Part shown: one piece after another, positions 13,473-26,061 of the stretch
How positions within the stretch are numbered: the first letter of the stretch is position 1
Layout: each line of letters begins with the position of its first letter
NCBI RefSeq assembly: GCF_036321535.1
Contig: NC_087436.1
Coordinates: 72,728,001-72,792,000, forward strand
DNA length: 64,000 bases
Direction: 5' to 3'
Origin: Camelus dromedarius
Taxonomy: Eukaryota
The notes under the pieces: generated by a model
What the model was told of the DNA's origin: nothing
The model's input: the letters and a program-made list of their open reading frames with translations, nothing else
The model's database searches: none
Position numbers and translations under genes: made by a program

Positions 13473-14549
13473 CTGTAAGGATAGCACATAGAAGAAACTT
13501 TCCCATTAAGGCCCCCCTTGGGGACATTGGAATAAAGAGGGCTGCCTTCTGTATAGATAGTTGACTAGAAAATTAGTCATGAAATTGATCTCAAGACATT
13601 CTAGGTCTTTGGGAAAGTGCTCAGATTTCTGTCATTCTTCTTAAGGGGAGATAGAAGTGAGAGGTAGTGTTTGTCCGTTTTTCCTCCATAGTTGGCTGTA
13701 CTTCCTAATAATTTGCTTTACATTCTGAAGTGTGTGGCGATGTCTCACACCAAATAAGAGCTAAAACAGAAGAAATGATCTTGTAAATTCTTGAAGTTGC
13801 TTCTTTTCGTGTGTCAATGTGCAATACACACCAATCTCTCTTCATGCTTGGAAGGAATAAGCAACTCTTCTCAAATTTAGAACAGTAAATACAGTGGCCA
13901 AGTTCCCTGGAAATGCAAGAGAGACTCACATCTTCTGTTTTTAACCCCCCACAAGTTCTGTAGATATGCAAAGGAAAAATTAGCTAATCTTACTGGTTTA
14001 AAAATGAACAGTACTCACTGTCAACAGATAATGATCTGAAATGCTCAGGGCACCACCTGATAATTATCCAGTGTTAGCAATTATACCAGAGAGGGGAATT
14101 CTTCCCTTACAAGGCAGTGTGACTAGACAAAAAACAATGTGGGATTTAGTGACCACTTGTATGCTGAAAGGTTTGGTGTTAGATGTAAGTGAGTGTTTAT
14201 ATGGTAACATTTTGGAGATGCAGAGAAGTCTCACTTACTCCATATTTTTACCCACTAACTGGATATGGTGTTTGGAATTCTAACACTGGGGGTATCATTT
14301 CTTTGGGTTAAAAAATGTCTTATTAAACATATACCTTTATATGTTACAATCACTAATCCATCTTATGCATGGTAAGAGGGATTCAGGGGTACAAAAGCAA
14401 GTGGAGGACATACTGAAAGAGGAAAGAGGAAAATAGACTGGAGAAAATGATTTTTCCCCATTTTTTCCAATTCACACCTCATAATTTTGCCCAAAACTAA
14501 TGCTGAAATCTGACATGAGAACCATTGCAGAAGTAGCAGTTTTAACATC

Positions 14550-14597
<48 letters not shown>
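14550..14597. repeat. (AAT)16 microsatellite at the tail of a MIR
   Basis: Perfect AAT run, followed by MIR-like 'tgtgccaagc...tttcatttaattctcaaaacaa'; explains the poly-Leu ORF 14363-14614. Confidence 0.95.
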
Positions 14598-14684
14598 TCT
14601 GAGAGCTGTGCCAAGCATGCATTTTACATGGCATTTCATTTAATTCTCAAAACAATGGTATGGAGGTAATTATTTATATCTATT

Positions 14685-15206
14685 CAAATGTTTTCAGCTG
14701 CAAGGGCTAGATTTAGACCCAATTCAAAATGGTATAAATGTTAAAAGAAATCTGTTATTTCAAATAACAAGAAATACAGAGTTGGGTGTGTCTAAGGATA
14801 AGTTATGCCTCAGCTCGGTGATGTCAAGGACCCAGGTGCTTTTATGCCTGCTCTGCCCTCCTGGCACTGTTTAAGGCTTAATGGCTTATGGTTACAAGAT
14901 GGCAGTTGCTGCTCTGAGCATATAGCCTCACACAACATCCAAAGGACTGAAAAGAGAACATGATCCATTTTAAGAAGGAAGGCAAGTTTCTAGATGATGC
15001 TACACAGACTCACATCATGATTTGTTGTCTATAATTTCATGACATGCCCACTCTTTATCAGTCACTCTCACTGCGAATAGCACTTAATCTAATCAATATT
15101 TGCCTCCCGAGGCTAAGAGGCCCAGATTTCTCTGTATGCAAGGATGCCCAAAACCTGAACAGAAGGGAATGGATTTTGCATAGGCAACCAAGTATGTCTA
15201 CCACAG
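14685..15206 (-). mobile_element. Old MaLR LTR (MLT1J-like) nested in a MIR
   Basis: 'tttcagctgcaag...gatgtcaaggacccagg...ggttacaagatggcagttgc...taggcaaccaagtatgtctaccaca'; MIR halves on both sides. Confidence 0.65.
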
Positions 15207-17741
15207 ACTTCGCTGTGCCTTAGGACAGATGAAAACACGGAAACTCAGCCAACCTGTAACCTGCTCCTGGACTCACAGCTGGTAGATGATGATTCCAGAA
15301 CAGAGCCAGTCCCAGTCTGTAGAACACGAAAGGTCATGATTTCAAACGCTGTGCCTTTCAACTTGCTACCTTTGTGTACACATTCATAAACATTCCAAAT
15401 TTTTTTCAAAAATAATTTTTAAAAATAAGCACTGTTGTATCACCATCATAAGCTTAAGAAATCCAGAGTGATTTCATTACACCTGCCTGAATTGCATCAG
15501 TAGATAGGTGGTATTTTGTTCACACAGATACACTCTTCACAGCCTAATATCAAGCTCTACACTCTAGCTGAAATCTACTGGAAAATCGTAGCCTAACAGG
15601 ACCACTTTTGGTCACAGAAAGGAGTTCCCAAACAATGTCGGCCACTGAGGACCCAGAGGAATTGAGAAGGATTGTTTCTATTTAAATGCTTACAGCTTGA
15701 TAATATAACGTACCATGTGACAATTGCTAAATACACTGTATTATTAGTCATAATACTCTCTTAAGATAATCTTGTCTCTTACTTATTCAGAAAAATTATT
15801 CCTAAACCATCAAATTTATTACAAAAATAACTTCTGGATTTTCTGGTGCTGGTTTTTATATGGGTTGAAGTTGGATTAAAGAAATGATTAGTTTGAGAGA
15901 TTTTAGAGAAATAATCGTTGGCGGGAAATGGAAAAGTACACATATATTCTGTATTTGTTTTTATTGTAATTATTTTAAAAGTGAAAGAAGTGATGACTTT
16001 ACCAAAATTTTGTATTTAAATGGAAATGGTTAAGAGCAGGCATATATAACTAAATTTAAATTCTTAGATGACTTACTCTACCAAACTAAAAAAAATACTC
16101 TTGATTATATAGCCTTCAGTGAAAATGAAGAGCTGAAAATTGGGTCTGAATTCGACAATTGGTAGTATTCTATAAAAATATATCAAAATAAAATGGCTAA
16201 AAAGTTTTACTCAATGAATTTAAAATGTATTTAGGGAGAAAAAAACTGTTTTCCAACTAAGTGATTTGCTGTTATTGAGGTCATTTTGAATATATATATA
16301 TATATAAAACTTCCATTATTTTAAGATGTGCATCCCCATTTGTTCCAAAGGAGAAATCTTAACAACAGTTATAAACAATTACTTGTAAGTTCATAATTTT
16401 GTGAGGTATTTCATACTTAGATCACAAATAAGAAGAAACATGATAAGGAAATGAAACTGGTTAAGATTTTACTGAGTTCAGAGAATCCTAAGAATATTGT
16501 TTTATACTACCTCACATAAACTATAGCCTAACTAGACAGCTTAGAAATATGAAAAGACATGGGAAACCAGAAAGTGTTTTTGATCCCTGAAACTTATCAA
16601 AGAAAGAGGAAATGAGATCAGGAAACTTTTCTCTCTGCTAAGAAATTTGACATTAGAGTGACATTAAGGAAACCCTAGATAGAGAATGAGGGAAAATGGA
16701 CCTCGTCTTTGGCCTTGTATAGTAAGGGTGAAAACCGAAGAGCCTTGGGTGCTGCCTCTCATTTCAAAATTTTACCGATTCATTATACCCAAGAGGAAAT
16801 TCTTAGCAAACATCTTGCTGAAGGGATGAAGGCATAAATGGCATGAATGAAATACATATATAAATGTTTCTAGAATAATTAAGATCTTTCAAAGGGTTTT
16901 ACAGGAACGCTTTAGCATTCTATGGTAGTGAAAGGATGATTCTGGACGAAAACTAGTTTGGAAGATTAAATTCTTATATTAAACATTAAATAAATTATAA
17001 GCTAAATTCTCTCCAAAGAAGGTAATGGAATGAGGTTGAGTCAGGGAGGTCCAGAGGCAGAAAAAGATAGTGTTGTTAAAAGCATGTACATTTATGTTTC
17101 ATTCTCTGACTGGTTCCCATTTACTGATCCAATTTCCTGTTCTGTTGAGTGTGTACTTTGTTCTAACCCATGGAATGTGATCCAGGGAGAGTGCACACCT
17201 AATCCTCCTGAACCAGAGATTCAGACAGGGCATCCACACTCATCTACAAATAACCTAAACATGGGAAATACCATCATTGAAATATGGGCAACTTAGATGT
17301 CTTACCTATAGCAATGCAGGAGAGCCAAGTCAATAATGTATATATTCTATAAATTTGGAAGATTTTCTATTGTATTTTTTATGTATGGTTCTAAATGTTA
17401 ATGAATTTTTGGATATTCTAAAAAAATTGGCTATTTTACTATTACTTCTATTCTGTAGAAAGAAACCTCAGGATAATATAAATATGGATTCCATTTCAAC
17501 AACTGTAATTTCCATGCTACAGTTATTTGCATAGAAATAGGCATGTTGCTTGAGCCACTCATTGAAGTATGTAAGCCCCAGGCTCTCCTGGCCTTTATCC
17601 AGATTCCTATAATTACACAAATATCAGTAGCCAGTTTAACTTACTGGCTCAGTCACATGCCCACTGATATACTTTTGCAAACCCAAAGTGTGGGAAATTT
17701 TTCAAGCTAAGAACACAATGTCAAGAGTTCAAGGCCGACAC

Positions 17742-17777
17742 TGGAATCACACAACAGTGGAATCACACAACAGTGGA
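17742..17777. repeat. Perfect 16-bp tandem duplication (TGGAATCACACAACAG x2.25)
   Basis: Read directly. Confidence 0.95.
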
Positions 17778-17949
17778 TCTGCTACCTCTTCAAAGAAGGT
17801 CTCAGGCAAAGGCTTAAGTAAGGCCAGGAAGAAGGAAGCTGGATTACTGATTCCTCCGAATGAGAGAAGGGTCAGGCTTTTGCACTCATGACTGGCCTGA
17901 CATGGCATAGTGTGGAACTTGCTTAGATTTTGATACAAGTCTACTAGTC

Positions 17950-18580
17950 ACTGACTCATTCAACAATATTTTTGGGACAGTGTGCTAGGCAGTATGACAG
18001 GAGCTAGCAATATGGTGGTGAGTAAGACACATAGAGCTTACAGACTAGCAGAAAAATAAGACATAAATAAATACTTGCACAAGTAATTCAATGCAATTGT
18101 AAACTTATGTATAAAAGAAAAGTTAAAGACCCAACAGCCATGTAGTAGAAAGTGTGTGTGTCCTGGTATGCCTTGGACAATTCCCATTGACGCCTACCAT
18201 CCTAGACTAAAAATCAGGACTACCTCCTTTCATTGTCGCGAGTGTTTATGGTAGATAAATAGGTGATTACTGTGATTACTGCTCACTTTCAACAAGAGGA
18301 GATCTGTCTTAGTCTGAGAGTCATAAAAGACTTTTTTCAAAAGTGACTTTTCACCTGAGACTTAAAGATGTGAGAACTACCCAGAGAAGGGTGTAGGGTA
18401 CTGTAAAATGAAGGGAGGCTGAGGAAGACCCATGTATAAAGACCTAAGGGATGAAGAAGCCCAGTCCATTTCAAGAACTCCTGAGCAGGGCAGTGTTTGG
18501 TGACACAGACAGTGGCAGAACATGCAGGGCCTTGTCAGTGATTTTTTAGTTTAAGACCTAGAGAGATAGGAAACCATTGG
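17950..18580 (-). mobile_element. L2 LINE 3' fragment
   Basis: 'ctcattcaacaatatt...gtgtgctaggc...gagcttacagactag...ctgagacttaaagatg...catgcagggccttgt'. Confidence 0.7.
18150..18272. mobile_element. MER94-like hAT-Blackjack MITE nested in L2
   Basis: 'gtcctggtatgccttggacaattccc..tgacgcct...cctttcatt...agtgt' matches the recalled MER94 consensus. Confidence 0.6.
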
Positions 18581-19021
18581 ATCATAATCATAGTAATAAC
18601 TATCCCTAAAATGTAGGGTTTAGGTTTTACACATGTAAGAGATATGAACTCAGTCGTACAATAATTCGAAGCAGGTGGTGTTATATCCTATTTTAAATTA
18701 GAGGACCGAAGCACAAAAAAGCAACTTGCCTAATGCCAAATATATAGAAACTGATGGAACCATGCTTCCAACCAGGCACACTTGCTCCAGAGACCCTCCT
18801 CTGTTAATCAAGGGAGTAACAAAATCAGATTTGATAGTTAAAAATTTAATTGAGCTTAAAGAACCTCAAAGTTCTGAGTTTATTCTGAAATTATTAAATG
18901 ATAGTGAAATATTGAACTTGCTATTACTTTTCTCTTCATCAGGTTAAAGTTTGTATTCTCAGCACAGTAAAGTATGACCTGTCTGTGTTAAATAAAAAAT
19001 GAAAGTATGGGGATATATATA

Positions 19022-19061
19022 TATAATAGAAGTCTATTATTTCCTGGGAAATATGACAGCT
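19022..19061 (+). repeat. 40-bp exact direct repeat, copy 1 (embedded in a (TA)n tract)
   Basis: TATAATAGAAGTCTATTATTTCCTGGGAAATATGACAGCT is identical to 19982-20021. Confidence 0.95.
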
Positions 19062-19981
19062 TTTATATATAGAGAGTGGAGGAGTAGGGGATTTTACATT
19101 TCATTCTAAATGGTTAAGGTTTCCCATGGGTGAATATTTTTTAATAGTAAAAGCCGAGAAGTGACTACCAACACCCCTAATATTCCTGCTTGCTAAGAAA
19201 CATGCAATGCTTTTGGTGTTGAAGAGAGCTATTAGTGAGAAAGGTATCATTGCCTTCACCTGTCCTGTGAGAACAGATGGTCATGAGAAAAGACTTCAAA
19301 CAAACCACACAGCATATTTGTTTGAACAAGAAATGGGACGTTCATATTACCAAGGTACTGTATGTTCTGACTGTGGGTGTAATCATGTTCTTTCCTGGTA
19401 ATGAGAGAGTCTTTGAAGAGAATCTAATGCTATCACAGTCAACAGACATTTTCCAAGTAGTAGAAACCAATGCTAAGCAAAATTCAAGAAAAATTGCTGT
19501 GAGGTTAAACTGAAATTTAGTCCAATTCTATACATCTTATAATTTTCAAGACGTTCTTTTGATTAAATCAATTAATCAATCAACCAATCAAGGAATACAA
19601 TTCTTAATGGTCCTCCAACTACTTTTTATCAATAATGAGAGACTTGGTGTTTGTTCTAGTGCTTTTATTGAACTATGGTGGTGACTTTCAGGTCACAATG
19701 TCTTTCCTAGAAAAGAAAGAGTTGTCCTATTTCTAAATAAAGTTTCAGACTTCTCCTATTCACTTAACCGAGCAAACAAACTGAAATTTCCCTTTGCTTT
19801 ACATATAATTCTGGGTCTATATTCCTGTTCATTTCATGTTTGGCCACCTCTATCATATTCACATGCGTGATTTTTTTAGAATAAAACTTTTTAGTAGTAT
19901 CTATGTATGCAACGTACTGTGATAATAAAGGCATATTGATTTTGCTTAATTATGATGACAATGCTGTAAGACTTGGAAGTC

Positions 19982-20021
19982 TATAATAGAAGTCTATTAT
20001 TTCCTGGGAAATATGACAGCT
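19982..20021 (+). repeat. 40-bp exact direct repeat, copy 2
   Basis: Identical to 19022-19061. Confidence 0.95.
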
Positions 20022-20520
20022 CTGGGGATTCTAAGCTCCAGAGATTCTCAGGCCCCAGGTTGCACTGATCCTTATGTTTAAAATGTGTTCTTTTGTCTAT
20101 GAAGTAGTTTCTTTCCTGTGCTATTTTGTGAAGGACAAGTGTCTGGATATGGAATATTCATAATTTAAAGTCAGATCAGTTGACAATGGGGCTATGTTTC
20201 TCACTGCTAGCATTGAGTAGCTGATCCTACACATTTCAGAAACTTACAAACATCTAAGAACACTTTCTTTTGTTTAGCAGGTATTTTGCTGGACTCAATG
20301 TTAAAGAGAATCTCTCATCTTTTTCCTCTATGCATCCATAGAACATTTTCCCTAGTACTGTCACAACACTTCAACATTTCTTTTTCTTTATTTTGTTATG
20401 TTTCTGTCTCCCATTCTAATTATGTTTGTGAAGGGTTAATGTTTATTATTATTTCTTCTCCAACACTGAAGAACAGAATCTAATAAATACAGACAGCAGG
20501 TTTTCCATATACATATATAT

Positions 20521-20578
20521 AGATATAGATATAGATATAGATATAGATATAGATATAGATATAGATATAGATATAGAT
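20521..20578. repeat. (AGATAT)n hexanucleotide microsatellite
   Basis: About 9.7 perfect units; explains the LYLYLY ORF 20436-20672. Confidence 0.95.
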
Positions 20579-21684
20579 TGAAGCAAGGAAAGAAGAAATT
20601 AATAAATGCATGAGAGATATATGCATGGTTTGGGCTAAGTCTTTTGACTTCAATTATTATTGAAATAATCAATTTTATGAGCAGAGAAAGATAAAGAGTA
20701 CCTTGCTACACACCTAATTCTGGATATTTAGATGGAGTGGATCTGGTTGAGAGAGAAACAAATGAGCAGTCATGGTTGTATCAGTTGTGGCAAGAGGATA
20801 AAAGAAATGATATATGAAATAATTTAAAAGAAGTAACTAACAGTTACTTTTATTTTCAGAGGAATTGGGAAATAGAGGGGAGAAAAAGAAATAAATATTT
20901 GGTAGCTTTAGCCTTAGAAGATAAGGTAACAGTTGAATACTATTTCTTCAGACAATTAACTGATAACTGCAGAACATATGTGGTCTGTCTCATCCTATGG
21001 AGAATAAAGGAAAAACCGCATCCACTCTTCACGATCTAGGACAGAGATATCAATAGCAAAATTACCAAAACACAAAACTGAACTAGAACTCCTTGCATAG
21101 GTCAACAGCATGAACATATTCCTAAACACAGTTCCAATCTTCTTCACCAGCTAGATGGTCACAATGGATTCATAACAACCGCAGATGGTGCAGTCCCAAC
21201 TCTAACAGTTCTTGGAACAACCTGCCACTGCACATGTCCTAGTTATAAAATGCTTTGGTCCCATGCTAGCACACCCTTAATGATCAGAAAGTGAAAAAAA
21301 TTGAATAAAAAATATTTATGAGAACGTATTGAAAGTCTAGCTATTTGAAGATTTATAACAATCCTAGCATCCATGAGAGGAGGGGGAAAATAGAATGGCT
21401 TACCTATGATTTCCAATGAATATGAATCAGATAATTTATCTGTGGATGTATTCATCTTAGATAAGCCAACAAAAAGTCAAAGAAACTATTTGGGCTGTTC
21501 TGCAAATCACTGGCATTAATCTCCATCTTATCTCCTATTTATAAAAAAAGGCCTATTAGATCTGAAATATATAGGATGATCAGAAAGGGAACTTGAAAAA
21601 AATGATTTATTCTGAATACTTTTAAATATCACATAGTTTTATATCAACCAAATGCAGCTGGACACAGGTTTGAGAACCTCATCA

Positions 21685-21910
21685 CGGAAAAAATTGAGAA
21701 ATGGTAAAAGCCTGAATACTCTCCACTTAAGTTCAGGAATAGTCAAGGATGTCCTCTCACAACTCCTATCCAACGTTTTCCTGGAAGTCCTAGACAGTGC
21801 TGGAAGGAAGGAAGGAAGTGGGAAGGAGGGAGGGAGGGAGGGACGGTAGGAGAGAGGGACGGAGGGAGGGAGAGGAAAAAAAAGCTTACATATTGTAAAG
21901 GAAAACAAAT
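21685..21910 (+). mobile_element. Ancient L1 ORF2 (RT domain) fragment interrupted by a purine-rich simple repeat
   Basis: Translation NGKSLNTLHLSSG....LSQLLSNVFLEVLDSA resembles L1 [33 protein letters not shown]. Confidence 0.75.
21802..21875. repeat. (GGAA)n/(GGGA)n purine tract
   Basis: Read directly; includes GGGAGGGAGGGAGGG at 21828-21842. Confidence 0.9.
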
Positions 21911-23214
21911 AAAATAGCCTCTTTAATCTTTATTTTTTTCCTTCTATATTAGCTCTGATAACGTCAAGGTTTCTCATCAAGCCATTTATTTGCCTGTCAA
22001 CCACGTATAGTATGTTACTTGCTGTTTCTATCATATTTAGACATTTTCCCTTAGTTTGAAATTGATTTTTCTATCTCATTCTTCTGCTGTTTCAGATTTT
22101 AAAAGTTGTTTTATTGAATTATATTCTTGTGATGTTCTTCTACAGCACAAAGTACTCAAGGATACCCTTCTCTTCTGCAGTTTATGTTTTCTTACTTTAC
22201 AGGGCTCATCACATTTTTATACCCAATGGCCCTTCCTTTATTTTGTTTAGTTGCCATGCCATTTCTTTGTATCTATTGCATGCTTAAATTAGGCAGTGTT
22301 GTACACACTATCTCTTATCTCTCATATAATTTGAATGACTGCTCCTTGACATTCTACACAACATAACTTCAATTAGTTTATCTTTACTTCAATGAAATTC
22401 AGTACAAGGTCTGGGAGTTAATTTCTAGCCAATGTTCAGACAGAGAAAGAATGAGAAAGGGAAAGAACACAGTGGTGTCTTGGGGCAGCCCCTGCTAGAG
22501 GTCTTGGCCATGGTTTTATCTTTGAGGGCAGAGGAAAGTCAAGTACCAGGGCCCACTCAACCATAAGTGCAATTCTCTCCTGTAGATTTTTTCTCATCTT
22601 CCTCAATTCAACAGACCTAGAAGGTGGGAAATTTTGGCAGCCATTTTTCCCTCTAAATGTTATCCTTTAACTTTTCCCAGGCCTTCCCACTTACACCTCA
22701 GTTCCCCTTTTTTACAAGCAGAAAACACTCATGAGAATTCCCTTGAATTTGACAACTGATTGAGGAAAGAGGTGACGTTGGGGGCCTTTTCCCACTATTT
22801 TGCACCAGAGTTTTCAAGGCTTCTACATTTCATGATCACTTTTTAAAAGTTTATGATATGGCGTTATGATCCTTCTTGTGTTTGTTGGGGCTATTAGTTC
22901 TCATCTCTTGGTAACAAGTATTGAAGAAACTAGGGTTCACTTTGTATTCCTTTTAGATTTACTACTAACTCTTTATTGGGCTGTTATTACAATTATTGGG
23001 TAAAAAGTGGGAAGTGTTAATACAGAGAGAGTCTATGTAACAAAAACTGCTCGTTCATCCAAAAGATAGAAAGATTTTAATAGCACAGCAATCAAATTAA
23101 AGATACATCTTTGGTATTTTTCCTTCAGAGAGCTAAGTGAACTCATTATCCATTATGAATGTCAGTGGCACTTCTGGTTCATTTCTTGGGAAGCCTCCCC
23201 AGCCCCCACACACG

Positions 23215-23447
23215 TTTTCAGTGGTGTTGTTAAGATATAATAAAATTTACTCATTTTAGGTATCAATAATTTAATGAATTTTGTAGTTGTAAAGCCATCA
23301 TTGTAATCAAGCTATAAAATAATTCCAGCTCCCTGAAAGTGTCTTCATGCCCCTTTGCAATCAATTCTCTGACTTCCCTACAGTCTTAGGCAACCACTCA
23401 TCTGCTTTCTGACATTATGTAGTTTTGCCTTTTCTAGAATTCTTTCA
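23215..23447 (-). mobile_element. Old L1M (L1MB/MC-like) 3' end fragment
   Basis: 'aaaatttactcatttta...catgcccctttgcaatcaa...ggcaaccact..tctgctttctg...gttttgcctttt ctagaatt'. Confidence 0.75.
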
Positions 23448-26061
23448 TAGGTGATGAACTTCTTAAAAAGTATTAATGGAAATACTGTCTGTCTTTCCAT
23501 ATAAAATTTAAAACCAGCTTTATCTAGCAGGGTCCTAATCCTGCCCCTTCCCCAAGAGTTCACAGTACAGTGTTTGTTTTTAGAAGCCCCATATGCATAG
23601 GCTTCCAGTGACTCAGAATGGTCTACTGCCTTTTCTTTTCAAGAAAGGATTGAAATGCACTCCTGCTGTGCCCTCTCCTCCCTCCCAGCTCCAGCCTGTG
23701 TTTGTGGATTCCTAATCCCCAGAACCACGCTACTGAGATGGGTAATACTGTCTGAAAACCACTGGATAACTGTCAAGTCATGATGCAGACTTCAGGTTGT
23801 TCTTATAAAATGCAAAATAAATGTTTTTACTAACAATGAAAAATAAATAAATACATATTTTTAATTAATAAACTTTATTTTTGGAGCAATTTTAGGTACA
23901 AAGAGTTCCCATATACCTCCCATTCCCATTTAAATATTAGAAAAGAGAAATTTACATTTCATTTTTTTCTCATTACACTTTAACAAAATTCTTTGTCACT
24001 CCTACCAGTTCCACCTCAACGGGAGATATCAGTGCTTCATCTTAGCCTTCCTTTCTCAAGTTACTGGGTCTCCTTACAAGGGCTGGGAACCGTGTCCAAT
24101 ATGGGTGTGGGTTCTTTCAGGGTTCATAGAGTCAGGCTGTTGGGGTCTCAGAAGCCATAGCAATACAAAGCACAGAAGACTCTTTTTCACTGTGCTAGGG
24201 ACAATTGAGACCTTCATAACATCTTCGGTTTTCTTCCTCTCTTTGTACCAGAAAGGCGAAGGGTTGAGACCTAATGGATCTTTTTCACTGTTTCAGTTCT
24301 TGGTCCTTAGAATCTTAAGGCTCAATATCATTAAAAAGGAGGAAACAAGGGATGCTGAAGCCAGTTCCTTTGGAAGTGAAGCAGGTTAGGAGAAAGCCAT
24401 GCCCTCTGTGTATTAGATGTTGCCCTGCAGTAACAAAGCAGTGTGCTCTGGTGTCGGCCAGAACCAGCACAGCTGGCACACACATTCAGGACAGCACAAA
24501 TGAAAGCTCTGAGGGCCTGATCAATGGCTCTCAGCATGTCTGTAGCCCGTTGGTTGGGAGTCTCTGAAACAGAACAAGATCGTTTTATCTGATTTCTCAG
24601 GGTGTTGAACGTGATAATTTTTAGTTTTGACATCAACAGCTGGCAAAAACAGCTTACATATTACTTGTAGTAGAAGGCAGAGGTTAATTACAAAAACCGA
24701 AAGACCTGGGGTGATCACCACTATTTTGATACCATAGAGATAGCTCCATCCACATTTAAAATGTTTCCTAAGACAATTCACTTTTTTAATCAGCAAAAGA
24801 AAACATTAAACAAAGCAAAACACCATGCTTTTTATTAAAATTGTCATAAGGGCTTAGAATTCTTTCATAGGTAATGAACTTCTAAAAAGTATCAGAGGAA
24901 ACCTGGTCTGATTTTTATATGATTCCCAGTTTCATAAATAGCAGTCTGTCAATAAAACTTTAGTGAATGTATAAAACAATGTCTAGGATCTTATGCATGA
25001 AGACAATTGATATTGAAAATATTTCCCCTCCTGAATTCATATTCAGGAAAGGCTAAGTAATTACAGACTCTGCAAGAAAAGAGTGGCAGCTTGGTCAAAT
25101 TATTATATAACCATTTTCAGGTAATGTTTCTAAGGCTGACCATGTTAAAGGTTTTGGAAACCCATAAAGTGAAATTTAAAAATTAAGAACATGATTGTTA
25201 TTAAAAACATTTTAAATTCATGAAATTTAATTAATTTTATATACAGAAACCAGGAGTGGGTATTGCTTGTTTGTATCAACTATATTTTTAAGCTACTTGC
25301 ATATTTTCTTAAAATCTTGTTTACAATATTTAGTTGCTTAATAAGATCCAACTAGAACCAATATCACATGGGTATACTTTTACCTATTGCCAACTCAGAT
25401 AATCTTAGATTTTGAATCACTGGCAATCTAGTATAACCAAGTTTTATTTTATATTCAAGACACTATCCAAAGCTATATTGAAAGGCCATGTCTCCATGGA
25501 GGGAGCAGTTTAATATTCCTCACTCCACTGAACAACCAATTAAATTCATTGAACCTATTTCCTTCATAGAAAATTCAACTCAGAGAAAGTGGTCCATTTA
25601 ATAGTCTCAATTTAGAACTCTTGCATCTAGGAGTAGGAATAAAGATTATTTTCTTCACACTTGGACTCATTCAGAATGGCATGTAATTAATATCTCCATG
25701 CCCACACTGTGGATTGGAGTCTAATGAATTTGAAGAAGAAAGAATGAGGGAAAGGAGGCTATCCTTTGCAATATCAACATAATGTTTATAATCTTCTGTT
25801 ATTAAAGTTTTTGTCTATGCAACTAAGAGCTTTAAAAAAGTAGCTCTCTATTCATAATGAACACCTATATATACGCATTTTAGTTTGCACACACACACAC
25901 CACACACCTGCATGCATTACATTCACACACATAGATGAGGTTTCAGCCATTACACACTCAAGCATACACACATTACATGCACACACACACACAGCTGCAG
26001 CAGCTGTAATTCCTCCCTTCCTTCATTTTTCTCACCTTCTTGACTCTGCCCCCAAACTCAG

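Noticed and set aside
14363..14614. Poly-Leu signal-peptide-like ORF
   Set aside because: Artefact of the (AAT)16 microsatellite read on the minus strand.
20436..20672. LYLYLY-repeat ORF
   Set aside because: Translation of the (AGATAT)n microsatellite.
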